Source: Longimicrobiales bacterium (GTDB taxonomy: Bacteria > Gemmatimonadota > Gemmatimonadetes > Longimicrobiales > Gaopeijiaceae). Taken from it: a stretch of 64,000 nucleotides of DNA. The position numbers and the translations under genes are program-made. Where the stretch lies: contig JAWLHJ010000004.1 of the NCBI GenBank assembly GCA_041690395.1, forward strand, positions 465,365 through 529,364, in the 5' to 3' direction. The notes below the pieces were generated by a model, which saw only the letters and a list, made by a program, of their open reading frames with translations, had not been told where the DNA came from and made no database searches. Below, one piece after another: positions 9,034 through 19,313 of the stretch; positions within the stretch are counted from its first letter, which is position 1; each line of letters opens with the position of its first letter.

Positions 9034-9037
9034 CGGC

Positions 9038-12000
9038 TCACCCGGCCGCGGGCCGGAGCGCGATCCAGGCCGGCGTTCCGTCTAGGTCGACATCCGAGGC
9101 GTGCGGGAAGCCGTTCCTGGCCGGCGAGGCATCCTCCAGCACCGCCACGTCGAGGGCCAGCGTCTCGCCCCCGATGAAGTCCCGGTGCCCCTCAGCCGCG
9201 GCACGCACGGCGTCCGGACCGGCGATCCCCAGCTCGATCCGGTCGGTGATTTCGAGCCCGGCGTCCTTGCGGAGGCGCTGAATCCTGTTGACCAGCTCCC
9301 GCGCGAGGCCCTCGGCCCTGAGCTCGTCGTCGAGCTCCGGATCGAGCGCCACGGTGTAGGCGCCCTCCCCTTTCACCACGAGATCCCCGGTCGCCTCCTG
9401 CAGCACGTCGAGCTCGTCGGTCTGGAGGACATGCCGCTCCCCATCGATCTCGATCTCGACCGATTCGCCGCGCTGGAAGGCCCGGACCCGCTCCTGATCG
9501 AGCGCGCGGATCGCGTTGGCGGCATCGTTCGTCCGCTTGCCGAAGCGGTTCCCGAGCGCGCGGTAGTTCGGCTTGGCGCTCAGCGTCACGATGTCCTCGG
9601 CGCTCGACAGGAACCGGACCTCCTTCACGTTCAGCTCGTCCCGGACCACGTCCAGCACCTCACCCGACAGGGAGCGCCCACCGGGAACCACCGCCTCCAT
9701 GACACGGAGCGGCTGGCGAACCCGGATCCGGACCTCCTCACGTGCCGCCCTACCCAACGACACCAGGGTGCGGGCCGCGTCCATGTCGGCTTCGAGCCCC
9801 TCGGAGCGCGCGCCCGACACCTTCGGGAAGCGCTCGAGGTGGACGGTCTTCCCGGTGAGCCCGCGGTGCAGCCAATCGGCCGTGAACGGCACGACGGGCG
9901 CGGCGAGGAGCGTCACCGTCCGTAGCGCATCCCAGAGGGTCCGGAAGGCCGCGCGCATGTCGTCCGCGTCCTCGTTCCCCCAGAAGCGGGCCCGGTTGCG
10001 CCGCACGTACCAGTTGGAGAGGTCCTCGACCACGAAGTCCCCGAGCGCGCGGTAGGCGCGGGTGAGCTGGTACGCCTCGAGCTCCCGGGTCACGTCGTCC
10101 ACGACCGTGTCCAGGCGGGAAACGAGCCACCGGTCCAGGAGCGGCCGGTCCGCAGGTGCCGGATCCGCGTCGGACGGCTCCCACGCTTCGACCTCCGCGT
10201 ACATGGTGAAGAAGCGGTAGCTGTTGAACAGCGTGTCCAGGAACTTCCGAGCCGCCTCGCCCACGCCGGCCGGGTCGTACCGCTTCGGGACCCACGGATT
10301 CGACGACACGATGAAGTACCACCTGAGCGCGTCCGAGCCGTGCTCGTCGATCGCGTCCCAGGGGTTCACGACGTTCCCCTTGGACTTGGACATCTTCTGT
10401 CCCTCGGCGTCCAGGATCAGGTCGTTCACCACGACGTTCTTGTAGGCCGGTCCGCGCCCCAGGAGCGTGGAGATCGCCATGAGCGAGTAGAACCACCCGC
10501 GCGTCTGGTCGAGTCCCTCGCAGATGAAGTCCGCCGGGAAGTGCCGCTCGAACTCCTCCTCGTTCTCGAACGGGTAGTGCCACTGCGCGTAGGGCATGGC
10601 GCCCGAGTCGAACCAGACGTCGACCACCTCGGGCGTACGGCGCATGGTGCCTTCGCACTCCGCGCACGACCAGGTGATCTCGTCGATGAACGGCCGGTGG
10701 GGGTCGAAGTCGTCGGGCAGGTCACCGACCCGGGCCCGCAGATCCGCCAGCGAACCGATCCAATGCACGTGATCTTCGTCCTGGTCGCAGACCCAGACCG
10801 GAATCGGCGTGCCCCAGTAGCGATCACGGGACAGCGCCCAGTCGATGTTCCCGCGGAGCCATTCCCCGAAGCGGTTCTCCCCGACCTCGGGGGGGTGCCA
10901 GGACACCTGGTCGTTGTTCTCGAGCAGCTTGTCGCGCAGCGTCGACGTCGCCGCGAACCACGAGTGGCGCGCCACGTACAGGAGCGGCGAATCGCAGCGC
11001 CAGCAGTGCGGGTAGCTGTGCATCATGCGGCCGATGTCGAAGAGCAGGCCTCGGGCCTTCAGCTCGTCGACCAGCACGGCGTCTGCGTCCTTGACCCACT
11101 GACCCGCCACGAGGCCGACGTCTTCGGTGAAGCGGCCGGCCCCGTCGATGGGGTTGAGCATGGGGAGCCCGTGCCGCTGCCCCGCCGCGTAGTCGTCCGA
11201 CCCGAACGCGGGGGCCATGTGGACGATACCCGTGCCGTCGTCGGCGCTCACGAAGTCCTCGAGCACCACCGTCCAGCCGTTGCCCACGTCTTCGGGCTCC
11301 GGCACGAGATCGAGGGGCCTCCGGTACCGGATACCGGCGAGCTCGGCTCCAGGATACGTGCGCGCGACCTCGGCATCCTCGCCGAAGAGTGCCTCGACCC
11401 GGTCGAGGGCCAGGATGTAGCGACGGCCGTCGCGCTCCACTTCGGCGTACGTCAGCTCCGGATGCACCGCGAGCCCCGTGTTCGACGGGACCGTCCACGG
11501 CGTGGTCGTCCACGCGAGGAAGGCCCGGCCGTCGAGCTCGCCGTTCTCGTCGACGGCCTCGGCCACGAAGGTGAGCGAGGGGTCCTCGACGTCCTTGTAC
11601 CCGAGCGACACCTCGTGCGAGGACAGCGTCGTCCCGCAACGCGGGCAGTACGGCACGCTCTTGTGGCCGCGGTAGAGCAGCCCGTCGTCGGCGAACTTCT
11701 TGAGGATCCACCAGACCGACTCGATGTAGTCGGTGTGGAAGGTCACGTACGGGCGCCAGTACTCGAGCCAATACGCGATCCGCTCGCTCAGCCGCTCCCA
11801 CTCTTCCTTGTACGTGAAGACGGAGTCGCGGCACACCTCGTTGAAGCGCTCGATCCCGAGTGCCTCGATCTCCGGCTTCCCACTGATGCCGAGCTTCTTC
11901 TCGGCCTCGATCTCCACCGGTAGCCCGTGGGTGTCCCAACCCGCGATCCTCGTGACGCTCCGGCCCTCCATGGCCCGGTAGCGGCACACCAGGTCCTTGA

Positions 12001-12187
12001 TGGTCCGGCTGATGATGTGGTGGATGCCCGGACGCCCGTTCGCCGTCGGAGGCCCCTCGTAGAACACGAAGGGCTCGCCATCGGCGTTCGCCTCGAGGGT
12101 GCGGCGGAAGAGGTCCTCGTCACGCCACAGTCGGAGGGTTTCCTCCTCGATCTCGAGGAGGCTGTCGGGAAGCTCTGGGTAGCGCAT
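9038..12187 (-). CDS. ileS: Isoleucine--tRNA ligase, type 2
   Basis: EGPPTANG, GWDTHGLP, WTTTPWT, KMSKS. The HIGH position reads GIHH. IleRS2-type C-terminus (EGLARELVNRIQ). Confidence 0.97.
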   Translation of the reverse strand: MRYPELPDSLLEIEEETLRLWRDEDLFRRTLEANADGEPFVFYEGPPTANGRPGIHHIISRTIKDLVCRYRAMEGRSVTRIAGWDTHGLPVEIEAEKKLGISGKPEIEALGIERFNEVCRDSVFTYKEEWERLSERIAYWLEYWRPYVTFHTDYIESVWWILKKFADDGLLYRGHKSVPYCPRCGTTLSSHEVSLGYKDVEDPSLTFVAEAVDENGELDGRAFLAWTTTPWTVPSNTGLAVHPELTYAEVERDGRRYILALDRVEALFGEDAEVARTYPGAELAGIRYRRPLDLVPEPEDVGNGWTVVLEDFVSADDGTGIVHMAPAFGSDDYAAGQRHGLPMLNPIDGAGRFTEDVGLVAGQWVKDADAVLVDELKARGLLFDIGRMMHSYPHCWRCDSPLLYVARHSWFAATSTLRDKLLENNDQVSWHPPEVGENRFGEWLRGNIDWALSRDRYWGTPIPVWVCDQDEDHVHWIGSLADLRARVGDLPDDFDPHRPFIDEITWSCAECEGTMRRTPEVVDVWFDSGAMPYAQWHYPFENEEEFERHFPADFICEGLDQTRGWFYSLMAISTLLGRGPAYKNVVVNDLILDAEGQKMSKSKGNVVNPWDAIDEHGSDALRWYFIVSSNPWVPKRYDPAGVGEAARKFLDTLFNSYRFFTMYAEVEAWEPSDADPAPADRPLLDRWLVSRLDTVVDDVTRELEAYQLTRAYRALGDFVVEDLSNWYVRRNRARFWGNEDADDMRAAFRTLWDALRTVTLLAAPVVPFTADWLHRGLTGKTVHLERFPKVSGARSEGLEADMDAARTLVSLGRAAREEVRIRVRQPLRVMEAVVPGGRSLSGEVLDVVRDELNVKEVRFLSSAEDIVTLSAKPNYRALGNRFGKRTNDAANAIRALDQERVRAFQRGESVEIEIDGERHVLQTDELDVLQEATGDLVVKGEGAYTVALDPELDDELRAEGLARELVNRIQRLRKDAGLEITDRIELGIAGPDAVRAAAEGHRDFIGGETLALDVAVLEDASPARNGFPHASDVDLDGTPAWIALRPAAG

Positions 12188-12211
12188 GGATGCGGAGGCG
12201 GGTGGTATGGT

Positions 12212-13024
12212 TCAGTCGCGCTCGTCGGGAGCGTCTTCTTCGTCGAGATACAGCAACAGGTTCTCCGCACGGCGCGGTGCGTCGAGGGGCTCCGGGAGCG
12301 GATCGTCCTCGTCCGGTCCGTCCTGCAGTGGCGCGTCTTCCTCCGACCCGGCGATCGCGCCTTCGCCGGACGCTACGCCTTCCCCAGGCGCTGCACCCGC
12401 TCCGGACGCCGTGTCCTCGGCAGGGTCGACCGCGGCGGCACCCTCGCCGTCGACGGCGTCGTCCCCTCGCTCACGGCCCACCTTGGCGCGGATCGCGCCG
12501 AGGTCCAACTCGAAGGAGCGGTCCTCGAGGGGCGTGCGCGCCTCCTCGACCTCGACGACGTCCATCTCGCGCTCGAGCAGCTGACGGAACGATCGGAGGA
12601 AGCGGAGCCGTCCCCGCTCGAGCTCGCCCAGGGAGCGAACGATCTCGTCGGCCTTGCGCTCGGAGTTCCTCATCCGGATGCGCACCTCGGCCTCGGCCTC
12701 GGCGATCATCCGGCGCGACTCCGTGCGGGCGTCCTCCACGATCTTCTCGGCCTCGACGCGGGCCTGCTCCCGGATCTCGGTCCGGAGCTCCTGTGCCGTG
12801 ACCAGGGCGTCGCGCACGGCGGACTCCCGCTCGGTCTGCGAGCGGACCTGCGACTCGAGCGAGTGCGTGCGCTCCTTGAGCTGCAGATTCTCCCGCACCA
12901 GCGCCTCCAGCCGCTCGGACACCATCTCCAGGAACGAATCCACGTCCTGGACCTCATAGCCCCTCATGCTCTTGCGGAAGTCGCCGCGCTTGTTCCGTAC
13001 GTCCAGCGGTGTCAGGTCGATCAT
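12212..13024 (-). CDS. DivIVA domain protein
   Basis: LTPLDVRNK..F..SMRGYEVQDVDSFL motif, coiled coil and acidic tail. ATGA overlap with yggS. Confidence 0.88.
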   Translation of the reverse strand: MIDLTPLDVRNKRGDFRKSMRGYEVQDVDSFLEMVSERLEALVRENLQLKERTHSLESQVRSQTERESAVRDALVTAQELRTEIREQARVEAEKIVEDARTESRRMIAEAEAEVRIRMRNSERKADEIVRSLGELERGRLRFLRSFRQLLEREMDVVEVEEARTPLEDRSFELDLGAIRAKVGRERGDDAVDGEGAAAVDPAEDTASGAGAAPGEGVASGEGAIAGSEEDAPLQDGPDEDDPLPEPLDAPRRAENLLLYLDEEDAPDERD

Positions 13025-13743
13025 GCCCCTTCCCTCTCCCCGAAGAGTGCGGTCCCGATCCGGACCATGGTGCTCCCTTCCCGAATCGCGATCTCGAGAT
13101 CGTTCGTCATTCCCATCGACAGCTCCGGGCCGACGCGGTCCGTGGCCGCGCGAACCCGCTCCGATACGCTCCTCAGCCCGGCGAACGCTTCGGCCAGCAC
13201 CCGCTCGTCGTCGACGAACGGGGCCATCGTCATCAGTCCGAGCACCCGCAGGCCCGGAAGCTCGGCGAGCTCCTGGATGCTCTCCAGCACCGCCGGCCCC
13301 TCGAGGCCTCCCTTGGCCTCCTCGCCGGACGTGTTGACCTGCGCGAGGACCGAGACGGGCGAGCCCCGCTCCTCCGCCGCCCGCGACACCTTCCGTGCGA
13401 GCTTCAGCGAGTCGATCGAGTGGATCACGTCGGCGACCTCGACCGCGCGGGGCGCCTTCCTGCTCTGGATGTGCCCGATGAAGTGCCACGTCACGCCCGA
13501 CAGCCCGGACAGCGCCGCACGCTTCGCTTCGGCCTCTCCGACCCGGTTCTCGCCCAGGTCCCTCAGACCGGCCTCCACCGCCGCCTCGATCGCCGCGACG
13601 GGGTGGCCCTTCGTGACGGCCACCAGACGGACGTCCCCCGGATCCCGCGCCGCCGCGCGGGCGGCCTCCTCGATACGGTGGCGCACGGCCGGCACGGTCT
13701 CGGCCAGCCTCGTGGCGTACTCCTCAGCGGTCGCAGACGTCAT
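13021..13743 (-). CDS. yggS: YggS family PLP homeostasis protein
   Basis: LVAVTK, GENRV, WHFIGHIQ, LSMGMTND, VRIGTALFG. Confidence 0.95.
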   Translation of the reverse strand: MTSATAEEYATRLAETVPAVRHRIEEAARAAARDPGDVRLVAVTKGHPVAAIEAAVEAGLRDLGENRVGEAEAKRAALSGLSGVTWHFIGHIQSRKAPRAVEVADVIHSIDSLKLARKVSRAAEERGSPVSVLAQVNTSGEEAKGGLEGPAVLESIQELAELPGLRVLGLMTMAPFVDDERVLAEAFAGLRSVSERVRAATDRVGPELSMGMTNDLEIAIREGSTMVRIGTALFGEREGA

Positions 13744-13764
13744 CCATCCATCCCGTTAGTCACA

Positions 13765-13806
13765 TATAAACGCAAAGGGACCCCGCCGGAGCACCGGCGG
13801 GGTCCC
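13765..13806 (-). terminator. Intrinsic terminator after tonB
   Basis: Perfect 13-bp inverted repeat GGGACCCCGCCGG-N4-CCGGCGGGGTCCC at 13777-13806, followed by UUUGCGUUUAUA. Confidence 0.8.
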
Positions 13807-13829
13807 AAAGGGTCCTCTCAGGCTCCGTG

Positions 13830-14510
13830 TCAGCGAACCTGGAAGGTAATCGGGAAGGACACCCAGACGGGAACCCTCTGGTCGCGGTTCAGCGCCGGCG
13901 AGAACTGGTAGACCTCGGCCACGTTCAGAGCGGCCTGGTCGAGTGCCTGGTGCCCGGAGCTCTGGTCGATCCGAGTATCCTGAACGCGTCCGCCCTCGTC
14001 GATGAAGAAGTACACGCGCACCGTTCCGCCGATACCGGCGTCACGGAGTAGCGGCGGGTACTCCCGCTCCATCGCCCGGATCACCGCGGTCCGGTTCTGG
14101 ATCTCCGGCGCGACCGTGAACGGCGTGAACGTCGGCTGGGCGGACAGGTCCGTGCCCGCCTCCTCTGGAGGCGGCGGCAGGTCCTCCACCGGGTTATCCT
14201 CGAACGTCGTCGGCGCGATCGTGATGTCCTCCTCGATGTTCGCTTCGGCGATCACCGGGGTGGCCGGCCGCGAGATGGCCTGCGGCGGCGGCGGAATCTC
14301 GATCTCCGGCGGGAGCTCGATGGCCGTCAGCTCCTCGGACGTCACGGAGAAGTCCTCGGCGGTCAGTTCGGGCCAGAAGGCGAACGCGCCGAAGTGAATC
14401 AGCGTGGCCGCGATCATGGAACCCCAGAACCACGAGGCGAACGAACCCTTCAGGCGATCGTTGGCCGTCACCGCGGCCTCGATCGACGGTACCGCTTCGG
14501 CTGCGCTCAT
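13830..14510 (-). CDS. tonB: Energy transducer TonB
   Basis: N-terminal TM with His, Pro-rich linker, YPPLLRDAGIGGTV..SSGH..LDQAA TonB_C domain. Confidence 0.9.
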   Translation of the reverse strand: MSAAEAVPSIEAAVTANDRLKGSFASWFWGSMIAATLIHFGAFAFWPELTAEDFSVTSEELTAIELPPEIEIPPPPQAISRPATPVIAEANIEEDITIAPTTFEDNPVEDLPPPPEEAGTDLSAQPTFTPFTVAPEIQNRTAVIRAMEREYPPLLRDAGIGGTVRVYFFIDEGGRVQDTRIDQSSGHQALDQAALNVAEVYQFSPALNRDQRVPVWVSFPITFQVR

Positions 14511-14956
14511 CGTCTTGCCCTCTGCATGCTCTGCTCCAACTGCGCGGCGAACACCACCCTCACGACGCCCGCCTCGACCAACTCCTTCTGGACCAGGTCC
14601 ATGAAGCGGTAAGGCACGTCGCGGTCCCCTCGGATGGAGATGACGAGCGCCCGATCGGAAGCGGCGTACAGCGGCGCCACGATCGTGGACACGTCCTCCA
14701 TCGGCGTCAGCTGGTCGTTGATGTAGACCGAGCCGTCACGCTCCATCCAGATGTTCAGGATGTTCTTCTGCTTCTCGTCGATCTTCTCCGCGGCTTCGGC
14801 TTCCGGCCACTGGATCGGACGATCACGGTCGTTCTGGAAGACCGTCGTGACCATGAAGAAGATGAGGAGCAGGAAAGCGATGTCCGCGAGCGACGAAGTC
14901 GGCACCTCGGACGAAGCCTTCGACTTGCGGCTGAAGCCGCCACCCTTGATGGACAT
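14507..14956 (-). CDS. exbD: Biopolymer transporter ExbD
   Basis: DIAFLLLIFFMVTT TM motif; IRGDRDVPY. Confidence 0.9.
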   Translation of the reverse strand: MSIKGGGFSRKSKASSEVPTSSLADIAFLLLIFFMVTTVFQNDRDRPIQWPEAEAAEKIDEKQKNILNIWMERDGSVYINDQLTPMEDVSTIVAPLYAASDRALVISIRGDRDVPYRFMDLVQKELVEAGVVRVVFAAQLEQSMQRARR

Positions 14957-15382
14957 CTAGTTCTCCAGGATCTGGAGGGAGATTCTCTCGGCGTTCGCGG
15001 CGTGCAGCGCATCGAGCACGTTGACCATGTACTCGTACGCCGCATCCGGGTGCGTCTTCACGGCGGCGATCAGGTTCTCGTTGGCGGCCACTTCCTGTCG
15101 CCAGAGACCCTCGATCTCCTGCGGACGCATCTGCTGCACCTGCTGGCTCTCGCCGCGCCGAACGTCGACGACGCCGGTCGGCTGGATGATCAGGTGCAGG
15201 ATGTTGCGCTGGCTGACCTGAGCTTCCTCACCCGGCTCGGGCAGGACGATCGCGAGCCCCTTGTCCTTCGGGAAGGTCGTGGTAACCAGGAAGAAGATCA
15301 GGAGCAGGAACGCGATATCCGCCGTCGACGAGGTCGGGACCTCATCGCTGACCTTCTGCTTCTTGTTGCCCAGAATTGACAT
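14957..15382 (-). CDS. exbD: Biopolymer transporter ExbD (second paralog)
   Basis: DIAFLLLIFFLVTT TM motif. Confidence 0.88.
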   Translation of the reverse strand: MSILGNKKQKVSDEVPTSSTADIAFLLLIFFLVTTTFPKDKGLAIVLPEPGEEAQVSQRNILHLIIQPTGVVDVRRGESQQVQQMRPQEIEGLWRQEVAANENLIAAVKTHPDAAYEYMVNVLDALHAANAERISLQILEN

Positions 15383-15437
15383 GTGTTTCGCCCTCGTGTG
15401 TGATCAGAGGTACCGATGCGGACTGTGCGAGGTTCCG

Positions 15438-16253
15438 TTACTCGGTTCCCGGGTCTTCCTTCTTACTGGGCTGCGGCGGAGCCGCAGGGCGGTCGGTGGT
15501 GCCGCGGCGATCCGCTGCCACGCCCTCCGGCGCCGAGACGTCCGGGCGCGTCGCAGGAGCGGCCGCGCCGACACCGGCCGGGGCCTTCGACTCGTGCTTC
15601 ACGATCCGGATCTTTCCGTCCTTCTCGAGATCCCAGGCCAGATTCAGGATCCGCTGCGCTCCCTGCTCCATGTCGACGATCAGCATGTCGATACGCGACA
15701 CGAAGAAGTTGTACCCGATGTTCACCGGGATGGCGATCGTGAGGCCGGCGGCGGTCGTCAGGAGCGCCACCTTGATGCCGCCCGCGACCAGGGACGGATC
15801 CACGTCGCCGGCGGCCTCGATGGCGCCGAACGCCAGGATCATGCCGGCGACCGTGCCCAGGAAGCCCATGAGGGGCGCGACGTTGGCGATGGTCGCCAGA
15901 ATCACGAGGCCTCGCTCGAGGAACGCCAGCTCGATCGTTCCCGTCGTCGCGACGGCAGACTCGAGCTCCCCGCTCGCCAGCGTCTTCGACTGGATGCGGC
16001 GGAGACCCGCGAGCAGGATGGCGGACGCCGGTCCGGGCGTCTCGCTGGCGATCTGGATGGCGCCGTCGATGTCACCGGCGCGCGTGGCTTCCTCCACGTC
16101 GTGGAGCACGCGCTCGGTACCCTTGTGGGAGACCCACAACGTCCAAGCCTTGGCGATGATCACGCCGACCGCGATGAGCGAGCAGAGGACGAGCGGATAC
16201 ATCATCCACCCGCCGTCGGCAAATAGGGTCAGCAGCCGATACTGGGAGCCCAC
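15438..16253 (-). CDS. exbB: MotA/TolQ/ExbB proton channel protein
   Basis: GGWMMYPL, APLMGFLGTVAGMI, VAGGIKVALLTTAAGL. GTG start at 16253 follows an AGGAG RBS. Confidence 0.9.
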   Translation of the reverse strand: MGSQYRLLTLFADGGWMMYPLVLCSLIAVGVIIAKAWTLWVSHKGTERVLHDVEEATRAGDIDGAIQIASETPGPASAILLAGLRRIQSKTLASGELESAVATTGTIELAFLERGLVILATIANVAPLMGFLGTVAGMILAFGAIEAAGDVDPSLVAGGIKVALLTTAAGLTIAIPVNIGYNFFVSRIDMLIVDMEQGAQRILNLAWDLEKDGKIRIVKHESKAPAGVGAAAPATRPDVSAPEGVAADRRGTTDRPAAPPQPSKKEDPGTE

Positions 16254-16325
16254 GAATACTTCGCTCCTGATGTAAGTTGGTCGCACCCGCGGACGCCAAC
16301 GGGCACTGGGACTTGGAACGTCGGC

Positions 16326-16355
16326 AATCTACGGGTGCCGTCGCCGGGGTGTCAA
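16326..16355 (-). promoter_or_regulatory. Sigma70-type promoter for exbBD-tonB
   Basis: TTGACA-N18-TAGATT on the minus strand in the cdaA-exbB gap. Confidence 0.65.
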
Positions 16356-16374
16356 CGCAACGGGTCGCGGGGCC

Positions 16375-17193
16375 TCAAGCCCCCGCGGGAACGCGGGCCG
16401 GTGCCGCCGGCCCGGCCCCCGCTTCGGGGCGGACGGGCTGGCCGGACACGATCTCACGCAGGCGGTCGGCCGTCACGCCCCGCTCGAGTCGGCCGCCTAT
16501 GGCCACCGAGACCTGGGCGGTCTCCTCGCTCACGACGACCACCACCGCGTCCGTCTCCTCGCTCAGGCCGAGCGCCGCGCGGTGCCTCGTTCCCAGGGAA
16601 CGGTCCCTCACGGTGGTCTGGGTGAGCGGCAGGATGGCACCCGCCGCGCGGATCTGGTCGCCGGCGATGAGCACCGCGCCGTCGTGCAGCGGCGAGTAGG
16701 GCGTGAAGATCGTGGCGAGCATCTCCGCCGACACGTGTGCCTGGACGCGGCTCCCCGTCTCGGCGTACTCGTCGAGCCCGACCTCTCGCTCGATCGCGAT
16801 GATGGCCCCGTGCTTGGCCCGCGAGAGGCGCTCCGTGGCCTCGACGATCTCGTCGATGACCTTGCTCCCCTCCATCTTGTCGAAGAAGCGGATCATGCGG
16901 CTCCGGCCGAGGCGGGCGAGCGCCGCCCGGAGTTCCGGCTGGAAGACCACGAGGGCCGCGATCGCACCGTACTGGAAGAAGGCCTCGAGGAGCGCCCGGA
17001 TCAGGATGAGGTCGAGGAGCCGCGCCGCGCCGTAGGTGCCGGCGAGCAGGGCGACGCCGAGCATGATCTGCATGGCCCGGGTGCGCTGCAGCACGAGCAG
17101 CACCCGGTAGAGCAGTACCGCGACGAGGATGATCTCGAAGAGATCGGTCCACCCGGGACGCAGGAGCCGAAGCTGCTCCCAGGCACTACCCAA
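16375..17193 (-). CDS. cdaA: Diadenylate cyclase CdaA
   Basis: Three N-terminal TMs, FQPELR, PLHDGA, GTRHRAA, VSEET. Confidence 0.93.
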   Translation of the reverse strand: MGSAWEQLRLLRPGWTDLFEIILVAVLLYRVLLVLQRTRAMQIMLGVALLAGTYGAARLLDLILIRALLEAFFQYGAIAALVVFQPELRAALARLGRSRMIRFFDKMEGSKVIDEIVEATERLSRAKHGAIIAIEREVGLDEYAETGSRVQAHVSAEMLATIFTPYSPLHDGAVLIAGDQIRAAGAILPLTQTTVRDRSLGTRHRAALGLSEETDAVVVVVSEETAQVSVAIGGRLERGVTADRLREIVSGQPVRPEAGAGPAAPARVPAGA

Positions 17194-17235
17194 TGGAGTT
17201 CGGCCCCCATAGCCGCGGCCCCACTCGATGCATGC

Positions 17236-19272
17236 CTACGGCACCTCGTCGGCCTCGGGCCCTTCCTCCTGGACACCCGGCGCCGGCCCCGGGAGCGGAC
17301 CCTCGCCGCCGGGCAGGCCGAACGGGCGCGGGGCCTTGTCCTTGGCGGGGCGCGCCACCTTGGCCTGCTTCGCCGGATTCTCGATTTCCGGCTCCGGCAT
17401 CGGCGGCAGCGTCTCGCCGCGGGCCAGCATCTGGATCTCGTCGCGGTCGAGAGTCTCGCGCTCGAGCAGCGCCTGGGCGATCGCCTCGAGCAGGTCGCGG
17501 TTCGCTTCGATCACCTCGCGGGCCTTGTCGTGCGCCTCGTCGATGATGCGCTTCACTTCCTGGTCGACGATCCTCGCCGTGTGCTCGGAGATCTGGCGGC
17601 GCTGTGAAAGGTCGCGGCCGAGGAACACCTCGTGCTCGCTCTCGTCGATCGCCACCAGCCCGATCACCTCGCTCATCCCGAAGCTCGTGACCATGCGGCG
17701 GGCCATGTTCGTCGCCCGTTCGATATCGTTCCCGGCTCCCGTGGTCACGTCGCGCTCGCCGAAGATGACCTCCTCGGCGACCCGGCCGCCGAACAGCATC
17801 GCGAGCTGACCTTCCATCCAGTCGCGGGTGTAGGAGTGGCGATCCTCTTCGGGCAGGCTGGCCGTGATCCCGAGCGCCCGCCCTCGGGGCACGATGGTCA
17901 CCTTGTGGACCGGATCGAGCCCGGGGACCTTGAGCCCGAGCACGGCATGTCCTGCCTCGTGATACGCCGTGAGCTTCCGCTCACGCTCGGTGAGCACGAG
18001 GCTCCGCCGCTCGGCGCCCAGCATGACCTTGTCCTTGGCCAGCTCGAAGTCGTCCATGACGACCTTGTCCGCGCCGCGGCGCGCGGCGAGCAGGGCGGCC
18101 TCGTTGCAGATGTTCGCCAGGTCGGCTCCGCTCATGCCGGGCGTTCCCCTGGCGATGAGGGAGAGCTCCACGTCGTCGGCCAGCGGAAGCTTCTTCGCAT
18201 GCACCCGGAGGATCCCCTCCCGGCCCTTCACGTCCGGCGAGTCCACGACGACCTGACGGTCGAAGCGGCCCGGGCGGAGGAGCGCCGGGTCGAGCACGTC
18301 CGGCCGGTTCGTCGCGGCCAGGAGGATGACGCCCTCGTTCGACTCGAAGCCATCCATCTCGACCAGGAGCGCGTTCAGCGTCTGCTCCCGCTCGTCGTGG
18401 CCGCCGCCGAGGCCGGCGCCGCGGTGTCGGCCGACCGCGTCGATCTCGTCGACGAAGATGATGCACGGAGCGTGCGCCTTCCCCTGCTCGAACAGGTCGC
18501 GGACGCGCGACGCGCCCACACCCACGAACATCTCGACGAAGTCGGAGCCCGACATCTGGAAGAACGGCCGTCCGGCCTCGCCGGCCACGGCACGCGCCAG
18601 CAGCGTCTTACCCGTTCCCGGCGGACCCACGAGGAGCACGCCCTTCGGCAAGCGGCCGCCGAGGCGGGAGAACTTCGCCGGATCCTTCAGGAACTCGATG
18701 ATCTCCTGGAGCTCCTCCTTGGCCTCGTCCGCGCCCGCGACGTCGGCGAAGGTCACCTTGGGCGTGTCCGGCGAGATCATCTTGGCCTTGGATCGGCCGA
18801 ACTGGAACGCACGGTTCCCCCCACCCTGCATGGTCCGGAAGATCCAGATCCAGAACGCGATGAAGAGGAGCCAGGGGAGCGCCGTCAGGAGGAGGGTGCC
18901 CCACCCGGTGTCGGTCGGCTCGGCCTCGACGATGACGTCGCGTTGCGCGAGCTCCTCGAGCAGACCGTCGGTGACCTCGCCCGGAAGGCGGGTCTCGAAC
19001 TGGGTGTACTCCTGGCCTTCACGGATGACGGGCTGCGTGAGCTCGCCCTCGAGCTGGCGATCCCGGAAGACGACGCTGTGGACGCGCCCCTCCGCGAGGT
19101 GCTCACGGAACTCCGTATAGGTGAAGTCGGCAATGACCTCTCCCTGCCCCCGCACCATCTGGATGGCGAGCAGAAGCATCAGCGCCATCATCATGAGGAA
19201 CGCTGCGTTCTTGGACAGGCGCCCGACGCGGTTGTCGGGATCGGGACGGTTCGGCTGGTTGTCAGGCATCAC
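17236..19272 (-). CDS. ftsH: ATP-dependent zinc metalloprotease FtsH
   Basis: Two TMs, [18 protein letters not shown] region, HEAGH. Confidence 0.98.
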   Translation of the reverse strand: MMPDNQPNRPDPDNRVGRLSKNAAFLMMMALMLLLAIQMVRGQGEVIADFTYTEFREHLAEGRVHSVVFRDRQLEGELTQPVIREGQEYTQFETRLPGEVTDGLLEELAQRDVIVEAEPTDTGWGTLLLTALPWLLFIAFWIWIFRTMQGGGNRAFQFGRSKAKMISPDTPKVTFADVAGADEAKEELQEIIEFLKDPAKFSRLGGRLPKGVLLVGPPGTGKTLLARAVAGEAGRPFFQMSGSDFVEMFVGVGASRVRDLFEQGKAHAPCIIFVDEIDAVGRHRGAGLGGGHDEREQTLNALLVEMDGFESNEGVILLAATNRPDVLDPALLRPGRFDRQVVVDSPDVKGREGILRVHAKKLPLADDVELSLIARGTPGMSGADLANICNEAALLAARRGADKVVMDDFELAKDKVMLGAERRSLVLTERERKLTAYHEAGHAVLGLKVPGLDPVHKVTIVPRGRALGITASLPEEDRHSYTRDWMEGQLAMLFGGRVAEEVIFGERDVTTGAGNDIERATNMARRMVTSFGMSEVIGLVAIDESEHEVFLGRDLSQRRQISEHTARIVDQEVKRIIDEAHDKAREVIEANRDLLEAIAQALLERETLDRDEIQMLARGETLPPMPEPEIENPAKQAKVARPAKDKAPRPFGLPGGEGPLPGPAPGVQEEGPEADEVP

Positions 19273-19313
19273 ACTTCACTCGAAAGAGCCCGGCGGAGCG
19301 CTCGGACAGGCCC

